NCBI GenBank assembly: GCA_951406725.2
Contig: OX597831.1
Location: 54,870,001 to 54,934,000, forward strand
Direction: 5' to 3'
DNA: 64,000 nucleotides
DNA from: Octopus vulgaris
Taxonomy: Eukaryota
Both the position numbers and the translations under genes were made by a program. Below the pieces are notes generated by a model, which made no database searches, was not told the origin of the DNA, and was given only the letters and a program-made list of their open reading frames with translations. Positions 40,558 through 56,127 of the stretch are shown in pieces; position 1 is the stretch's first letter, and each line of letters starts with the position of its first letter.

Positions 40558-42484
40558 CAGAGACAGAGACAGAGACAGACAGACAGACAGACAGACAGAC
40601 TGGCAGAAACAGACAAACTGAAACAGAAACAGACAGACAATCAAAAACAGGAAGAAAGAGATGAAGCAAAATGGACTTGGGCAAAACATTTTAGCGTATG
40701 TATGTATGTATGTATGTATGTATGTATGTATGTATGTATGTATGTATGGGGGAGTGTAAAATTTGATACGAATGACAACCAAAAAGAGGAAAACCTACGC
40801 TCAAATATATACAAATATATACGTGATGTATGTGTGACATTATGACATCCAAATATATCTATCTATCTATCGATCCATCTATCTATCCGTTCGAGCAGCT
40901 TGTCCAGTCCAGTGCAACTGTCTTCCACGCCATATATCCTCAACTTGATATCCAATAGCTAATATTTATCGCCATTTAGAACAATCTATACTGCGGTAGA
41001 TGTAAACAAGAGTGCATTTTGCACCAAAAGCCAATATGAAAGCCAAGCCAATATGAGAGTTTTTCTCGTGACAGCAACTGCAGTATAGTTTGTCCTAACA
41101 ACATCTACGTTTAAGTGGGAATAAATATCACCTCTCGTTATTAAAATTGCCTCTTTCACTAATATACATTTGATATCCAATGTCTTCCACAAGCTGTACG
41201 ACGTATGCTCTCCTTGGTCTGCTGATACTTGATATATTCTCTCTCAATCCCATCAGCTTTAATCTTCCTAGTCATAACTTCGAAAGCACCCTAGATTCGA
41301 TGTTAACTCTCCATGATATCCATTCATCCTGCTACATCGATTTATTCTTTTGCTAGACACGAAAGGTTAAGCCTATATTTTATCGAAAGAGATTATTGAG
41401 ATACGATGTGCATGCTTTTCTCCAGTTATATTAGAGCCGTTGGTGAAGTGAAAAGACTTAACGGAAAACTGAACTGAAGTTTACCTCTTGTTCTGTGGCA
41501 TTGACTGAACATGAAAACTTTAAAATATTCTTCACTGCATCAAAATAAACTTTTTGTGGTTGTCTATGGTTAGGAGGACATGTTTTGGGCTTCGTCTGTA
41601 GTTGTGGCTAACTTTTGCACGGATCCCGTCAAAGAGTTTGTTGGATTTATAGCTTGTTTGCGTAGATCTGGGTTCGTATCTTAATTTTTCTATGAAAAAG
41701 TTCGCTTTTAGGGCTTCGTTCTATAATGCTACGACTTGGTCGAGAATTGCTTAGTCGGTTGATATCTTAAGAGGTTCCCCAGTTCTTGTTGCTGGCTATA
41801 ACTGCACAAGAAACCAAAATTGCGTCGTTCAAATATGTTTGTTTAATGGAAGAAATATGATGATGTCATATCACAGACACCAGAAAAAAATCATTTTTAA
41901 AACTCAGCCCGAATTACAAATGGAGTAAGCATCTGATAACACAACATCGTTGAAAACATGCACAACAATGCCAACAACTATGGAGCAACAAAATAAATTA
42001 ACCATTATAAAAGAATGATAATTTAAAGACAATAGATATAGAATACATTCAGCTATCAGCTCCAGCTTCCCAGCATATCAAAAACAACTTTGATGACTTC
42101 ATATTTATATAAATAATTATAAATAAATATTTTTTGCATATAATAATCAACTGACATATACCGTAAAGTTGCTGAAACTATAAGTGAAAAATAAACTAAC
42201 AACTTCAGCAAAAACAAATAAACAACTCCAGCAAAAGAAACAAAAACGCAGAACACACCTTAGCAATTAGCATAAGTGATTATACAATTGACAAGCAATA
42301 GGAGAATGACTCCTGGATTAACCAGTCGGAAACAATATACTGGTGAAATAACTTCTGAAAAGCATTTTCTCATAAACGGGGTCTGAAAAACAATATACAG
42401 ACAAATAACATAGAAAATGACTAACGAAAAATAGAACAACGAAACGAATTTGCAAATGAAACGACAACAAATGAAACACTCTTT

Positions 42485-42884
42485 TGCTCTCTTTTACCCT
42501 TTTGCTTGTTTCAGTCATTTGACTGCGGCCATGCTGGAGCACCACCTCTAGTCGACCAAATCGACCCCAGGACTTATTATTTGTAAGCCTAGTACTTATT
42601 CTATCGGTCTCTTTTGCCGAACCGCTAAGTAATGGAGACGTAAACACACCAGCATCGGTTGTCAAGCGATGTTGGGGGGACAAACACAGACACACAAACA
42701 CACACACACATATACAATATACGACAAGCTTCTTTTAGTTTCCGTTTACCAAATCCACTCACAAGGCTTTGGTCGGCCCGAGGCTATAGTAGAAGACACT
42801 TGCCCAAGGTGTCACGTAGTGGGACTGAACCCGGAACCATGTGGTTGGTAAGCAAGCTACTTACCACACAGCCACTCCTGCGCC
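42485..42884 (-). mobile_element. SINE family A copy, full length
   Basis: Reverse complement of the family A consensus. Confidence 0.8.
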
Positions 42885-43448
42885 TATGATAACCATAGAT
42901 AATAAAAAATATCTGCATTAATGTATATAAACAATTCGAGATACTAAGAGAAGACAGTTTTAACCTAATGATAGAAGTTTCGTGAAACTCGAGTCATACA
43001 ACAGTGAATCATTCAACCACGGTAGTGGTTGAATATATTCTTAAGTCCACCATTTCGTCAATTGCAGCAGCTTCCAAGCTTCACCACTAATTCAGTTCTC
43101 AACTAAATTGCAAACTGTTAATAGTTTTAAAGAGGACACTTCCTCATCTACACTTTGGCATAAATAGTTTGAGATTTGGTTCAGTAGAAAAAAAAGTTAC
43201 ATCAAAATATGTCAGTTCTAAAAGTGGGCAGTATTGACCTTCAATTAACATAATTTTTTTTTAATTTTAAAATAAAAGTATACTTTTCTTGAGCTTAAAT
43301 GTTAGAGAAATGCATGCGGAATTCAGAATCGTTAGTCACATTGAACAAAAATTAGTAGTAAAAGAGTTATGAGGTGAAATGTTACAAAATTTCATGTCAG
43401 TAAGTAAGGCATTGGGGTGTAACGCCCTAGCAATAAGAATAAACCCTA

Positions 43449-43890
43449 GCAGAAACGTTAGCACGCCGGGCGAAATGCTTTGCGGTATTTCGACTGCCGT
43501 TACGTTCTGAGTTCAAATTCCGCCGAGGTCGACTTTGCCTTTCATTCTTTCGGGGTCGATTAAATAACTACCAGTTACGCACTGGGGTCGATGTAATCGA
43601 CTTAATTCGTTTGTCTGTCTTTGTTTGTCCCCTCTGTGTTTAGCCCCTTGTGGGAAGTAAAGAAATAGGTATTTCGTCTACCGCTACCTTCTGAGTTCAA
43701 ATTCCGCCGAGGTCGACTTTGCCTTTCATTCTTTCGGGGTCGATTAAATAAGTACCAGTGACGCACTGGGGTCGATATAATCTACTTGATCCGTTTGTCT
43801 TTCCTTGTTTGGCCCCTTGTGGGTAGTAAAGAAATAGGTATTTCGTCTTTCTTTAAGTTTTAAGCTCAAATTTCCCCGGGGTCGACTTTG
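43449..43890 (+). mobile_element. SINE family B with one head and about 2.5 tandem bodies
   Basis: ggtatttcg restarts at 43484, 43668 and 43837. Confidence 0.75.
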
Positions 43891-46403
43891 ATATACAGAT
43901 TATTTAATTAATTGTTTTTCAACTAAACTCTTTCAAACTTCCGATACTGGTAGAATATGTCACATAGAACAGGGTTTATTCTTAACGTTTTTGACAAAAT
44001 TTTGTATTTTAGAAGCGGTATTTCGTCTATCTTTACGTTCTGAGTTCAAATTCCGCCGAGGTCGACTTTCCCTTTCATCCATTTCGGATCTATTCAATTA
44101 GCTGTACAGATTAATTAATTAATTTTTTTTAACTAATTGTTTTTAACTAAACACTTTCGAACTTCCGATCTTGTAGAATGGGTTTATTCTTAACGTTTTT
44201 GACAAAATTTTGTATTTTAGGAGTTATTTCGTCTGAAGTTACAGAGTGACAATGGACAAATTCGTGTTTGATAAGTGCCAATAACGAAACTCTCAGCTTT
44301 TTACTTACTCCCTAACTTCTGCCGATGATATATATACATATTACATATATGAGTAAATAAATCTCATCACGCAATCGAACCAATGACAGAGCCTCTACCT
44401 GGTCGCTCGACACGCTAAAAATAGCAGTCAAAGTATCCCACTACCTAAATCACACGCCCATTGTATGTAATATCCTAGATTATCCCTAAAAAGACGGTTT
44501 GCTGAAGGCTGGAATGTCTTTGATGATAGGTTTGCAGTATCAGGGTTTATTTGAGGCTAAATAACAACATTAGGTCAATGTACGAAATTGTAATTTATAT
44601 ATTTTACTATATTTAGCTGAGTGTCTAATGTTCCTAAGTTCAAATTCCAAATGGGCTCAACTTTACTTTTAATTTCGTTGGAGATCTATAAATTCTAAAA
44701 ATATATCGTATTTTAATTTGATAGAATATATTCTCACCACAGAATGTGTAACGATTGCAGAATATAGTTACAATGTATAACTACGTTCTGGGTTCAAATT
44801 CCGCCGAGGTCGACTTTGCCTTCCATCTTTTTGGGGTCGATAAATTAAGTACCAATTGCGTACTGGGGTCGATTTAATCGACTGCCCCCTTTCCCCCAAA
44901 AGAGTAGAAAAGCATATTGAATAAAATGCTTTGCAGCATTTCTACCAACTTTACGTTCCGAGTTCAAATGCCACCGAGGTCGATTTTGCCTTTAATCCTT
45001 TTGGGGTCGATAAAATGAATACTAGTTGAACAGTGAGGTTATATAATTGACTAAACACCTCCTCCAAAATTTCTAGCCTTATGCCTGCAACAGAAAGAAT
45101 TATTTCGTATCAAAACAGCGAATTGGTTGAAACATCAGCACGCCGGACAAAATGCTTAACAACATTTCGTCCGTCTTTATATTCTGAGTTCAAATGCTGC
45201 AGCGGTCGACTTTGCCTTCCATCCTTGCAGAATCGATAAAATAAGTACCAGTTGGGCACTGGAATCGATGTAATCGACTTACCCCGTTCCCTAGAATTGC
45301 TGGCCTTGTGTCAAAGTTTGAAATCACTATTTTGTAGTGCGTCAGTAAACTGGTGTCCGTCGGTTTCAGTGATGAGTATTCAGTCAGTCAATGGAATCTT
45401 GTTAATTGTATTAGCATGTAAGGAGTAAATGACTCTTCCCCGGTGGAATCAACGGGACAAGACTGAACCTTTAAAAATTTCAAGTGACCCGATGCTACAT
45501 TTAAAAAAAAAAAGAAGAATAAATAAAGAATCACTTGTCCAACATCCCCCCCCCCAGTGGAATCGAACTTAAGACATCATGATTGCAGAATCAAATTTCA
45601 TAACTATTCGGTCATGCAGTTTATTTATACAACAGCGACAACAACTGGCTAGAGTTCCAGTTGATCTGATCAACGGAATAGCCTGCTCGTGAAATAAACA
45701 ACAACAATACAGTAAGCAATAATGCCAACATATTTGATCTTTGTACAATCGAAATAAGACACACATTTATCTACTTCCGTTTTCTATAGATAAAAATTCC
45801 AATTTACAACAGGTTTTTATTTATTTATTTATTTATTTATTTTCCTAATATCTGTTTTCTGTTTATTTTTAGTATTTTGTTTTCGCTTCTTTCTATGCTA
45901 TTTACGACCTTCCGTCAACCCAATTCACACTGGTCACACGGTCCACCACGTAACTGACTGCTTTGTCTCCACCTCTTCTGATTACACGTGTTTACCTGTA
46001 GTATCCTGTTTCTTCTCGCTACGTATGTTTAATTAGCTCACCTGGTTACACGTGTCTAATTTTTTTGTCTCCGCCCCTTCTAGCTACATGTGCAAAATTG
46101 TTGCTCCGCCTTTCCCGACAATGCGTAGAATACTTTTAATTGCAATTCAGTTGATGTAATAATGATAACACGTTTTCATAGAAATAATAGAAGTCTCGGA
46201 CTAAATGTTTCACAGAATTTAGTGTCGCCTCCTTCCACTTTTCACATTACTCAATTCGAATGATTCATTCGCAATGTTCTGATTCATCCTTTCGCTTTCC
46301 CATTCCAAAAGAAATCCTCAAATCTTTAAGGGCCAATCCCTTATTTTGAAGAAACAGCACATGGACAAAGACAAAGAAAAATGTGTATGTATTAGCGAAT
46401 GTG

Positions 46404-46404
<1 letters not shown>

Positions 46405-46456
<52 letters not shown>

Positions 46457-46968
46457 TGTTTCTTTATTAGCCACATAGGGCTGCACACAGATAGAACAAA
46501 TTACAAGGTAAAGCTTTTCTTTTGAAGGGTTAAAAAAAAAAAAAAAAATGAAGGGGGGAGTTTCGATCAAAAGGGATCGTAAAAGGAGAGAAAGAGGACA
46601 AAAAAGGGGGGGTTAAAAAAAAAGGGGGAGAGGAAAAAGAAATTGATCAATAGGGATCGTTATCACAGAAATGTCAATATGGAGTGTAAAGGGGAGGACA
46701 GGTGAGGTTTACCCGTGGAAAGAAAAGCCTACGGAAAAGACCACGGTAACCTCGGTCAATGAAGTCACATTTTATATTTCTTTTTTTTTTTTTTTTGCAA
46801 ATAAGCAACTCTCTGTTTTCGATTTCTGGGTTCATAGGACTATGCTCAAGGTGGCTTCGTCATTCATACGTGCCATTCTTGCTACATTCACCCATCTTTT
46901 TTTAAAACATTCGCTAGCCAAAACTTGCCTCTCTACTCTCACTTTCCTTTTCAAGTGGTACTAGATAT

Positions 46969-47027
<59 letters not shown>

Positions 47028-47300
47028 TGTTTCTTTATTAGCCACACAGGGCTGAACAAAGACGGGACAAATTACAAAGTAGAGCTTTTCTTTTGGGGGA
47101 GAGAAAAAAGTGGAGTAGGTTTTCGATCAAAAGGGATCGTAAAAAGGAAAGAAAAAAAAACGATCAATAGGGATCGTGTATCACAGAAATGTCATGGTGT
47201 AAAGGGGGAAGCAGATAAGGTTTATCCGTGGAAAGAAAAGCCTACGGAAAAGACCACGGCAACCTCGATCAATAATGTCACATGTTAACACATTTATTTG
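46405..47300 (-). mobile_element. Two adjacent 3' ends of a LINE-like element with (TATC)n tails; third copy at about 52880-53200 (+)
   Basis: Shared gtttctttattagccac...gaaaagcctacggaaaagaccacgg block next to (GATA)n. The first copy keeps an ORF end YHLKRKVRVERQVLASECFKKRWVNVARM (L1/Tx1-like by inference). Confidence 0.6.
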
Positions 47301-48839
47301 CACATACACACACACACACGTGAATAAAGAAAAATAGAGCGATAAAGAGAACCGATGTTGTTCAAAAGAAATTCATTTATTTAAATCAATGACATTACAA
47401 AACCGAATTTCATTACTGTTATTCTATTAAATGGTTCTTATCACGATTTAGGCAAATACGATGAGGTCTTTTTCACTAATAGAAAACTCATAAAGTTAAA
47501 CCCTTCATCGTTTCGTTTTACTGAATTTCGACAATGTTTCATAAATTGATATCACCGTAAATATATTGTCTGCCATTTTATTTCATCGCGAGTCAATACA
47601 TTATCATTGAAGTCATTGTGACGGTTAAAATTATTGTTATAGCTTTTTCCCTTTTATTTTATTAATTATCTTCTTTTTTTTTTTGTTATTTTTAAAGTAA
47701 AACCATTGCTTAACATTATTTAAAGCAGTGTTTCTCTATCATTTTTTAACTATGGATCCCTTTGATCCCTATTACTCGGATGAACCCTCCTAGCCTGAGG
47801 GTTCATCTATCGATCAATTTTGCCGAACCGCTAAAGCACGGGGACGTAAACACACCAATGCCGGTTGTCTTGTCAAGCGGTGGTAGGGGCAAAAACACAC
47901 ACGAAGACACTCCCCAGCATGGCCACACCTTAGGGCTGAAACATGTATAAAAGAATATATACACAACGGGTTTCCGTCTACCAAATAGACTCACGGGGCT
48001 ATATAGTAAAAGACATTTGGCGAAGGTGCCATGCAATGGTACTGAACTCGAAACCATGCAGTTGGGAAGCAAAATTCTTGCCACACAGCCACTCCTGTTT
48101 GCATTCCTCTTCAATATGCTAAATATGAATAAATATATCATATACTAGCCATTGATTGCCTGTGTATGCTTTTGTTCTGTTATACGTAAAGCATACTTTG
48201 ATTCTGTTTTGGCCGTTCAATCGAAGTGTGTTGAACTAAAGACAAGGAAAGTTTGTGTTTTGTTTGATTTAACATTTGCAAAAACATTGGTTCTTTTCAC
48301 TTGGTGAAAAGATCCGGTATTTTTGTAGAGTGATTGGTTCATACCCAGTATAGCTTGATTATTTCATCAAGCTCGAAAGTACAACTCGGAAACAGGGAGA
48401 AAGAGCAAAGCACTATAATGTAATATTTAATTCAATATTAAGGCGGTAAGCTGGCAGAATAGTTAGTACACCTGGTAAATGCTTAGCGGCATTTCGTCCG
48501 ACTTTAGGTACTGAGTTCAAATTCCGCTGAGGTAGTCTTTGCCTTTCGTCCTATCGGGGTCGACAGAATAAGCACCAGCTGAGCACTGGGGTCGATGTAA
48601 TCGACTTACCTCTTCCTTCAGAACTGCTGGCCTTGTGCCAAATTTTGAAACCAAGTTTTAATTCAGTAGTTGTTTAGCTCAGGACTGCCCTAAATGGAAG
48701 TCTGCTATAGCCTTTTTGCCCTTAGTGTATCCAGGACCACATCATCTTGGATAAAAAAAAATTTATTAGCTGTTTTTATACCACCAGAGCGAGTGGATGA
48801 AGGGACATTTGATTGCTATTTCTAGCAAGTAGAACGGCC

Positions 48840-48889
<50 letters not shown>

Positions 48890-49350
48890 CAGCGCTTTGG
48901 CAAGTTGGCATTTCTGCTAACTCAAAGGACAAGCAAAAAAAATGAAAAACAAACAAATAAAATGTTTCTAAATTATGATACACAGACCATCCGATTTGAA
49001 ATGAAACGGAAACAAAATGGCCATGTCCTTTTTTGTTCCTTGCAGATATGTGCTGACGTTATAAATTTATTTTTATGACAATTGTTGATAAGTTATGAGT
49101 AATGCAAAACTCCTTTTGTTTCATTTTTAATTCTTTATTGTGTACGTTAAGCATTTCCTGACCTTTCCTTAATTTCGACGATGGAAGAATAAGACATTTT
49201 ATTACATATTTGGGAATAAAAGCGCGAAAGAAATGAAGTAGTATGCAGACCGCCGCGCCCGGTTGTTTGGTTTTTTTTTTATTGTTTAGTTGTTTCAATT
49301 ACACAAAAGACAAAAGACCATTTTCGTCTACGCGCGCGCGCACACGTTTG

Positions 49351-49358
49351 TATATAAA
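49351..49358 (+). promoter_or_regulatory. Candidate TATA box for the LPMO gene
   Basis: TATATAAA in unique sequence, just after a CpG-rich patch (cgcgcgcgcg), about 180 bp before a cag|GTAACA donor at 49537. The acceptor at 52420 requires an upstream non-coding exon. Confidence 0.45.
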
Positions 49359-49380
49359 GTTAAGAATTCCAAATTATTCT

Positions 49381-49536
49381 GTAGTCTGCAGACGACCACA
49401 ACAGAACTATTTATTAATATTTTATATCTATACACATTCTTTTTTCACTCAGTTAACTTTTCTCATTTAATTCCATCTACCAATTAATTTTATCTCAACA
49501 CCAATCGTTTCGCAGCAGTCAGAGAAATCTTCTCAG
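49381..49536 (+). other. Candidate non-coding first exon of the LPMO gene
   Basis: Begins about 30 nt after the TATA motif and ends at a CAG|GTAA donor. Start coordinate is approximate. Confidence 0.4.
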
Positions 49537-49559
49537 GTAACAAGATAAACTTCTCTATC

Positions 49560-50480
<921 letters not shown>

Positions 50481-50725
50481 TACCAGCATATCTATCTTTC
50501 TACCAGCCTATATATATTATCATTTACTTCTTTCAGTTATTAGACTGATGACATAAAGAACCTTTAGCCGAATGAATTGACCCTAGTACTTTTTTTTTTA
50601 TTTTTAAGTCTTATACTTATTATATCGTTCTATCAGTTTCTTTTACCGACCGCTAAGTTACGGAGACGTAAACACGCCAACACTGGTTGTCAAGTGGTGA
50701 TGGGGGACAAACACACACGCACGCA

Positions 50726-50781
<56 letters not shown>

Positions 50782-51103
50782 TATAGTCAGGTTGATCACT
50801 CGCTAAAGTGGCACCTCTCTTTTTTCTACTCCTTTTTATCATCATCATCATCATTATCACCACTACCTCCACAATCACCACCACCATCACCATCATCATC
50901 ATCGCTGTCATTAACATCAACATCCCAATCATCATCATCCTCATCATTACTATCAAGATATATTTTTAATTTAAAAAAAAATTTTTCCGAATATTTTCAG
51001 TATCATTAAATGAAAGATAAAAATGTGATTTTTCTCTCTCAATTTTTGTAACGAAGATACCTTTATACTGACCCCTATTCTTGTGTGTGTGTGTGTGTGT
51101 GTA

Positions 51104-51159
<56 letters not shown>

Positions 51160-51225
51160 GTGTGTGTGTGTGTGTATGTATATGTATATATATATATATA
51201 TATACACACATACATATATATATAT

Positions 51226-51274
<49 letters not shown>

Positions 51275-51438
51275 GACATACACACACACATATATATATA
51301 TATAAATTTAAAATAATAAGGGTGAAAAATTAAATGTTAATTTGATCAATATCAATTTAAAACCAGTGGTCTAGCATATTAAAATATGAAGATTCAGAAA
51401 AATTATATTACATACATATAGTATGTAGGGTCATCCCT

Positions 51439-51487
<49 letters not shown>

Positions 51488-51721
51488 CTTGTTTCACCAA
51501 TATATTTTTGTGAGTTACTAGCCTGATGCGATGAAAACAACTCGGACTGTATTTTATAACCCGTCTGGTGTCTTCACGTAATCACCAAACGAGTTATAAA
51601 ATGCTTTTCTGGGCTGTTTTCATCGCATGAGACTAACCGTTTAGTAAATAATATTTATCTCTCACCAGATGGGTTATTTTTTTTTTTTTTTGTTGATCTT
51701 ACCATCACAAAACAGTGCACT

Positions 51722-51774
<53 letters not shown>

Positions 51775-52469
51775 ATCACGTGACCGACCAGGCTATCAGA
51801 TGTTGCTAAACATCGCTGGTCACAATGCGCTTCGCACTGTTTTAGCCTTCAAATGACGCCACCCCGCTGGTTAAGCGAGCAGGCCTACAGAAGAAAGAGT
51901 GAGAGAAAGTTGTGGCGAAAGAGTGCAGCAGGGATCGCCACCACCCCCTGTCGGGGCCTCGTGGAGCTTTAGGTGTTTTCGCTCAATAAACACTCACAAC
52001 GCCCGGTCTGGGAATCGAAACTGCGATCCTACGACCGTGAGTCCGCTGCCCTAACCACTGGGCCATATATAATGCATTTAAAATTACACTCTTAATGGGA
52101 AGGAAAATCATTAATATTGATATGCAAAGGGATAACTCAAAAATTTAAATTAAGAATTACATGGAGCCGTGTAATGAAGGCAGAGCCTGACCTTTAGTAA
52201 GTATGACAACTTTGGATATGTTTCGGTATTATTAGAACTTCTCAGCGAATTATCTTCTTTGTACTTAGCAGATCTTAGAATGACTCTAAAAAAATATAGC
52301 TTCTATGCACAAATTCTTTACTGATTATGTGATTTACCATAATGATATTAGAAAAATGTTCCTGTTAGTATAGCTTGTTTTTAGTGAATACTAAATTAAA
52401 CTATTTATTTTTTTCTTCAGATTTTCAACGAATAAACTGCATATTACGTTACGAAAACCGAACATAATA

Positions 52470-52658
52470 ATGTCGCGCACAAAGAATATGTCACCATATA
52501 CCCTACTACATTTATTACTTGTACTCGTCGTCGTGTACTACGTAGAAGGACATGCTCGTCTCCTGCGACCCCCATCGAGAGCTTCACTATGGCGTTTTGG
52601 CTATAATGTGAGAAACAACAATTACAATGACAACGAAGGTTACTGCGGTGGAAGAGAG
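52470..52658 (+). CDS. AA15-family LPMO (chitin-binding type-4 domain), coding exon 1: signal peptide plus His1
   Basis: ATG at 52470 (alternative in-frame ATG at 52488). Hydrophobic signal LLHLLLVLVVVYYVEG is followed directly by H-ARLLRPPSRASLWRFGY...YNDNEGYCGG, the AA15 N-terminal pattern (His codon 52551-52553). Acceptor ttttcttcAG ends at 52420; donor GTAAGT starts at 52659; 63 codons, phase 0. Confidence 0.92.
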
Positions 52659-52840
52659 GTAAGTAATTGCTAACAGTTTCCCTTTCTCTTGTTTGTTTGT
52701 TTGTTTCTCTTCCACTCCCTCTACCTCTGTCTGTCTATCTATCTATCTATCTATCTCCCCCACCCCAATAAAGGTGGGTGAATGTAGCAAAGATGGTGCG
52801 TGCGTGTGACGAAACCACTTTGAGCATGATCCTGTAAATC

Positions 52841-52882
<42 letters not shown>

Positions 52883-53169
52883 ACTTTACTCTCATGTGTT
52901 TTATTCCCCCCCCCCGCCTGGGGTTACCGTGGTCTTTTCTGTAGGCTTTTCTTTCCACGGATGAACCTAATCTTGTTTATTACTTTAAAAAAAAAATTTC
53001 TTTCTGTGATACACGATCCCTTTTGATCGCTTTTTTTCCGATCCCTTTTGATCGAAATTTTACATTTGTTTCCTATTATTTTTTATTTTCCTTTTCTATC
53101 TACGAAAAGAAAAGTTCTACATTTGTATTTGTCCCCTCTGTGTCCAGCCCTGTGTGGCCAATAAAGAAA

Positions 53170-53201
<32 letters not shown>

Positions 53202-53243
53202 CCCATCTCTTTCTCACTGTTCAATAACCCATTTATAGGTTAA

Positions 53244-53629
53244 CTAGCAGTATCGCCCGGCATTGCTCGGGTTTGTAAGGGAAATAACTATAAAGCATTG
53301 TTAGAGAGTTATAGCCAAAAAATAGCAAAAAAATGGAAAAAAAATAATGGTAAATTTTTTTCTGAGAGTAAAAAAGGTCGAGTTGCGTCCCCTAGACAGT
53401 CTGTGGTTTGTGTTTCTGATTCTCGACCCCATGTCGAATTTATCGATTGTTTTTCAGAACTGGGGGAACTTTTCAAAATTTTCGCTGCATTAGTTTTGAA
53501 TTATGACATTGGGCTATGTGTGTGTCAAGTTTCATCAGAATCAGTTGAAAGCCGTGGTCAGGGTGAGGGTACAACTTAACAGACACACAGACACGCACAC
53601 AGACAAACTGCCGTTTATATAGAGAGAGA
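53244..53629 (-). mobile_element. Non-autonomous Helitron in the LPMO intron
   Basis: Minus strand starts TC(TCTCTCTATATAAACGGCAG) and ends with hairpin cccgagcaatgccggg then CTAG; inserted between host A and T. Confidence 0.75.
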
Positions 53630-53754
53630 TTTATAGGTTACTGCGATGTTGTTTTAGGTCGCTTTACTGGCTTTTATTATTATGTAATAGAACCACACAT
53701 GTGATGGTATCCCACTGTTGTAATACAGTGAGTTGAAACAACTTCCATTACTCT

Positions 53755-53970
53755 CTCTTTTACTCTTTTACTTGTTTCAGTCATTTGACTGCGGCCATGC
53801 TGGAGCACCACCTTTAGCCGAGCAAATCGACCCCGGGACTTATTCTTTGTAAGCCCAGTACTTATTCTATTGATCTCTTTTTGCCGAACCGCTAAGTGAC
53901 GGGGACGTAAACATACCAGCATCGGTTGTCAAGCGATGGTGGGGGGACAAACACAGACACACAAACATAT

Positions 53971-54043
<73 letters not shown>

Positions 54044-54192
54044 CGACGGGCTTCTTTTCAGTTTCCGTTTACCAAATTGGTCGGCCCGAGGCTATAGCAG
54101 AAGACACTTGCCCAAGGTGCTTCGCAGTGGGACTGAACCCGGAACCATGTGGTTGGTAAGCAAGCTACTTACCACACAGCCACTCCTGCGCC
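53755..54192 (-). mobile_element. SINE family A copy in the LPMO intron
   Basis: Reverse complement of the family A consensus. Confidence 0.8.
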
Positions 54193-54667
54193 ATTAGCTG
54201 ATTTTATCCAAACAATTTGCAGGCAATAATTCCTTGTAAGATCAGTTAAAATCTAAAAACAACAAGCATGAGAGATTATTTTTAATAACAATCAAATAAG
54301 TGAACTTTTTGAAAAACATAGACAGTGCAAAATAAGTGGAATGACAACTAGTGAAACCAACGGACATGTTTCAATCTTATTAAACGTCTTCAGTTAACCA
54401 TACTCTACTCAGAGAAGCTTTGAAATTATCAGTATGTATATATAGAAATAGAGGGAAAGGGAAGCTGATTGTGCTGATTACGATTATCAGGAATGTGGCT
54501 GTGAGTCAGTAACTCAGAAAAGGGTTCTGTATTCTAAATACAAATATACTTGAGTCTCACATGTGTAGTATAGCGAGTTCAAAACCTTCAAGTAATTGAT
54601 GCAGTTAGTAGACAAAACCTGTCTCTCTTTCCTTTTCTCTTTCTTTCCCTTTCTCCCCTTTTCTTTC

Positions 54668-54708
<41 letters not shown>

Positions 54709-56063
54709 CCTCTTTCTCTCGTGAGTATATCTCATTTGATACCAACCCGCTTGAGACTGTTCTTAACCTCCTATGACACAAACTTCTTGTTTTGAAATGA
54801 TTTGATATACAATTTTCAAGATTTCAAAATAATTTATGTTCAAAACACCAGCTCACGATTATTTGAAATTTGGTTGGCGGGGACTAGTCGATTACATTGA
54901 CTCCAGTGTATCACTGGTACTTAATTTATCGATCACGAAAGGATGACAGGCAAAGTCGGCGGAATTTGAACTCAGAACGTAGCTACGGGCGAAATACTGC
55001 TAAGCATTTTGCTTGGCATGCTAAAGATTCTGTCACTTCATGATAGAGACAGGATCTCCGGGAGAAATTTTGCATGGCAAAACAAAACTGTTTTCCCCAT
55101 CCCAGTGACGGTTGTGGTGAGGGTGGACGTCTCTCAAAATTCAAGTGCGCTTGGAAATTTTAGCTGAGAGAAGGGCCTACCGTCAGTTACGCACATGGCC
55201 TAGTGGTTAGAGCAGCGGACTCGCGGTCGAGGGATCTCGAGTTCGAATCTCAGACCGGGCGATGTGTGTGTTTATGAGCGAAACACCTAAGCTCCACGCG
55301 GCTCAGGCAGAAGGTAATGTGGAACTTCTGCTGACTCTTTCGCCTCAACTTTCTCTCACTCTTTCCTCCTGCATCTTGCAGCTCACCTGCGACGGGCCGG
55401 CGTCCCGTCCAGGTGGGGAACCTATACGCCAAGGAAATCGGGAAACCGGCCCTGATGAGCCAGGCATGGCTCGAGAAGGAACAAACAATATAAAAACAAA
55501 CGCATGGGCTTTCTCCATGGCTCTCCGAGCTCTGGGTCCGATATACCCACTGTCTCGCGCCCTACTTGCATAGGTTTGTAGAGATAGAGAGAGATGGAGT
55601 TAAAGCGAGTAACATTGTACTTGCTACTGTCGTTGGGGATGATGATGAGGATGATGATGATGAGGATGATGATGATGAAAGTTGTAGGGGTCGTAGGTAT
55701 GACGGATAGGAAGTGCGTGGGTGGGGTTAGAAATTGGAAGGGCGCTAATGGCGGTGGCGATAGTAATATCTGTGGCTGTAGCAGCCAAGTTACGTGATGC
55801 AACCCTCTTCTAACTTTTAGCAAACAGCATATTTTTTTGTTGTTTTTGGTTTATTTTTAAATGTGTGTGTGTGTGTGTGATTCAGTAAAGACACAGTTTA
55901 AATATATGCGAGTTCATAGAGTCCGTTAGTGACGGTGGCATTCAAATATTTGGCTTTACGTTCGTGATGTTTCTAAAACTTATTCTTAAATTCGAGATCA
56001 GGTGTTGTCTTTGGTCCGGCTTCCTGCAACCGAAAGGGTAATCTATAAAAATAGTAGCACTTC

Positions 56064-56127
<64 letters not shown>

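Noticed and set aside
40900-41830. Possible old LINE RT remnant
   Set aside because: Only faint fragments; I could not recover diagnostic motifs or boundaries.
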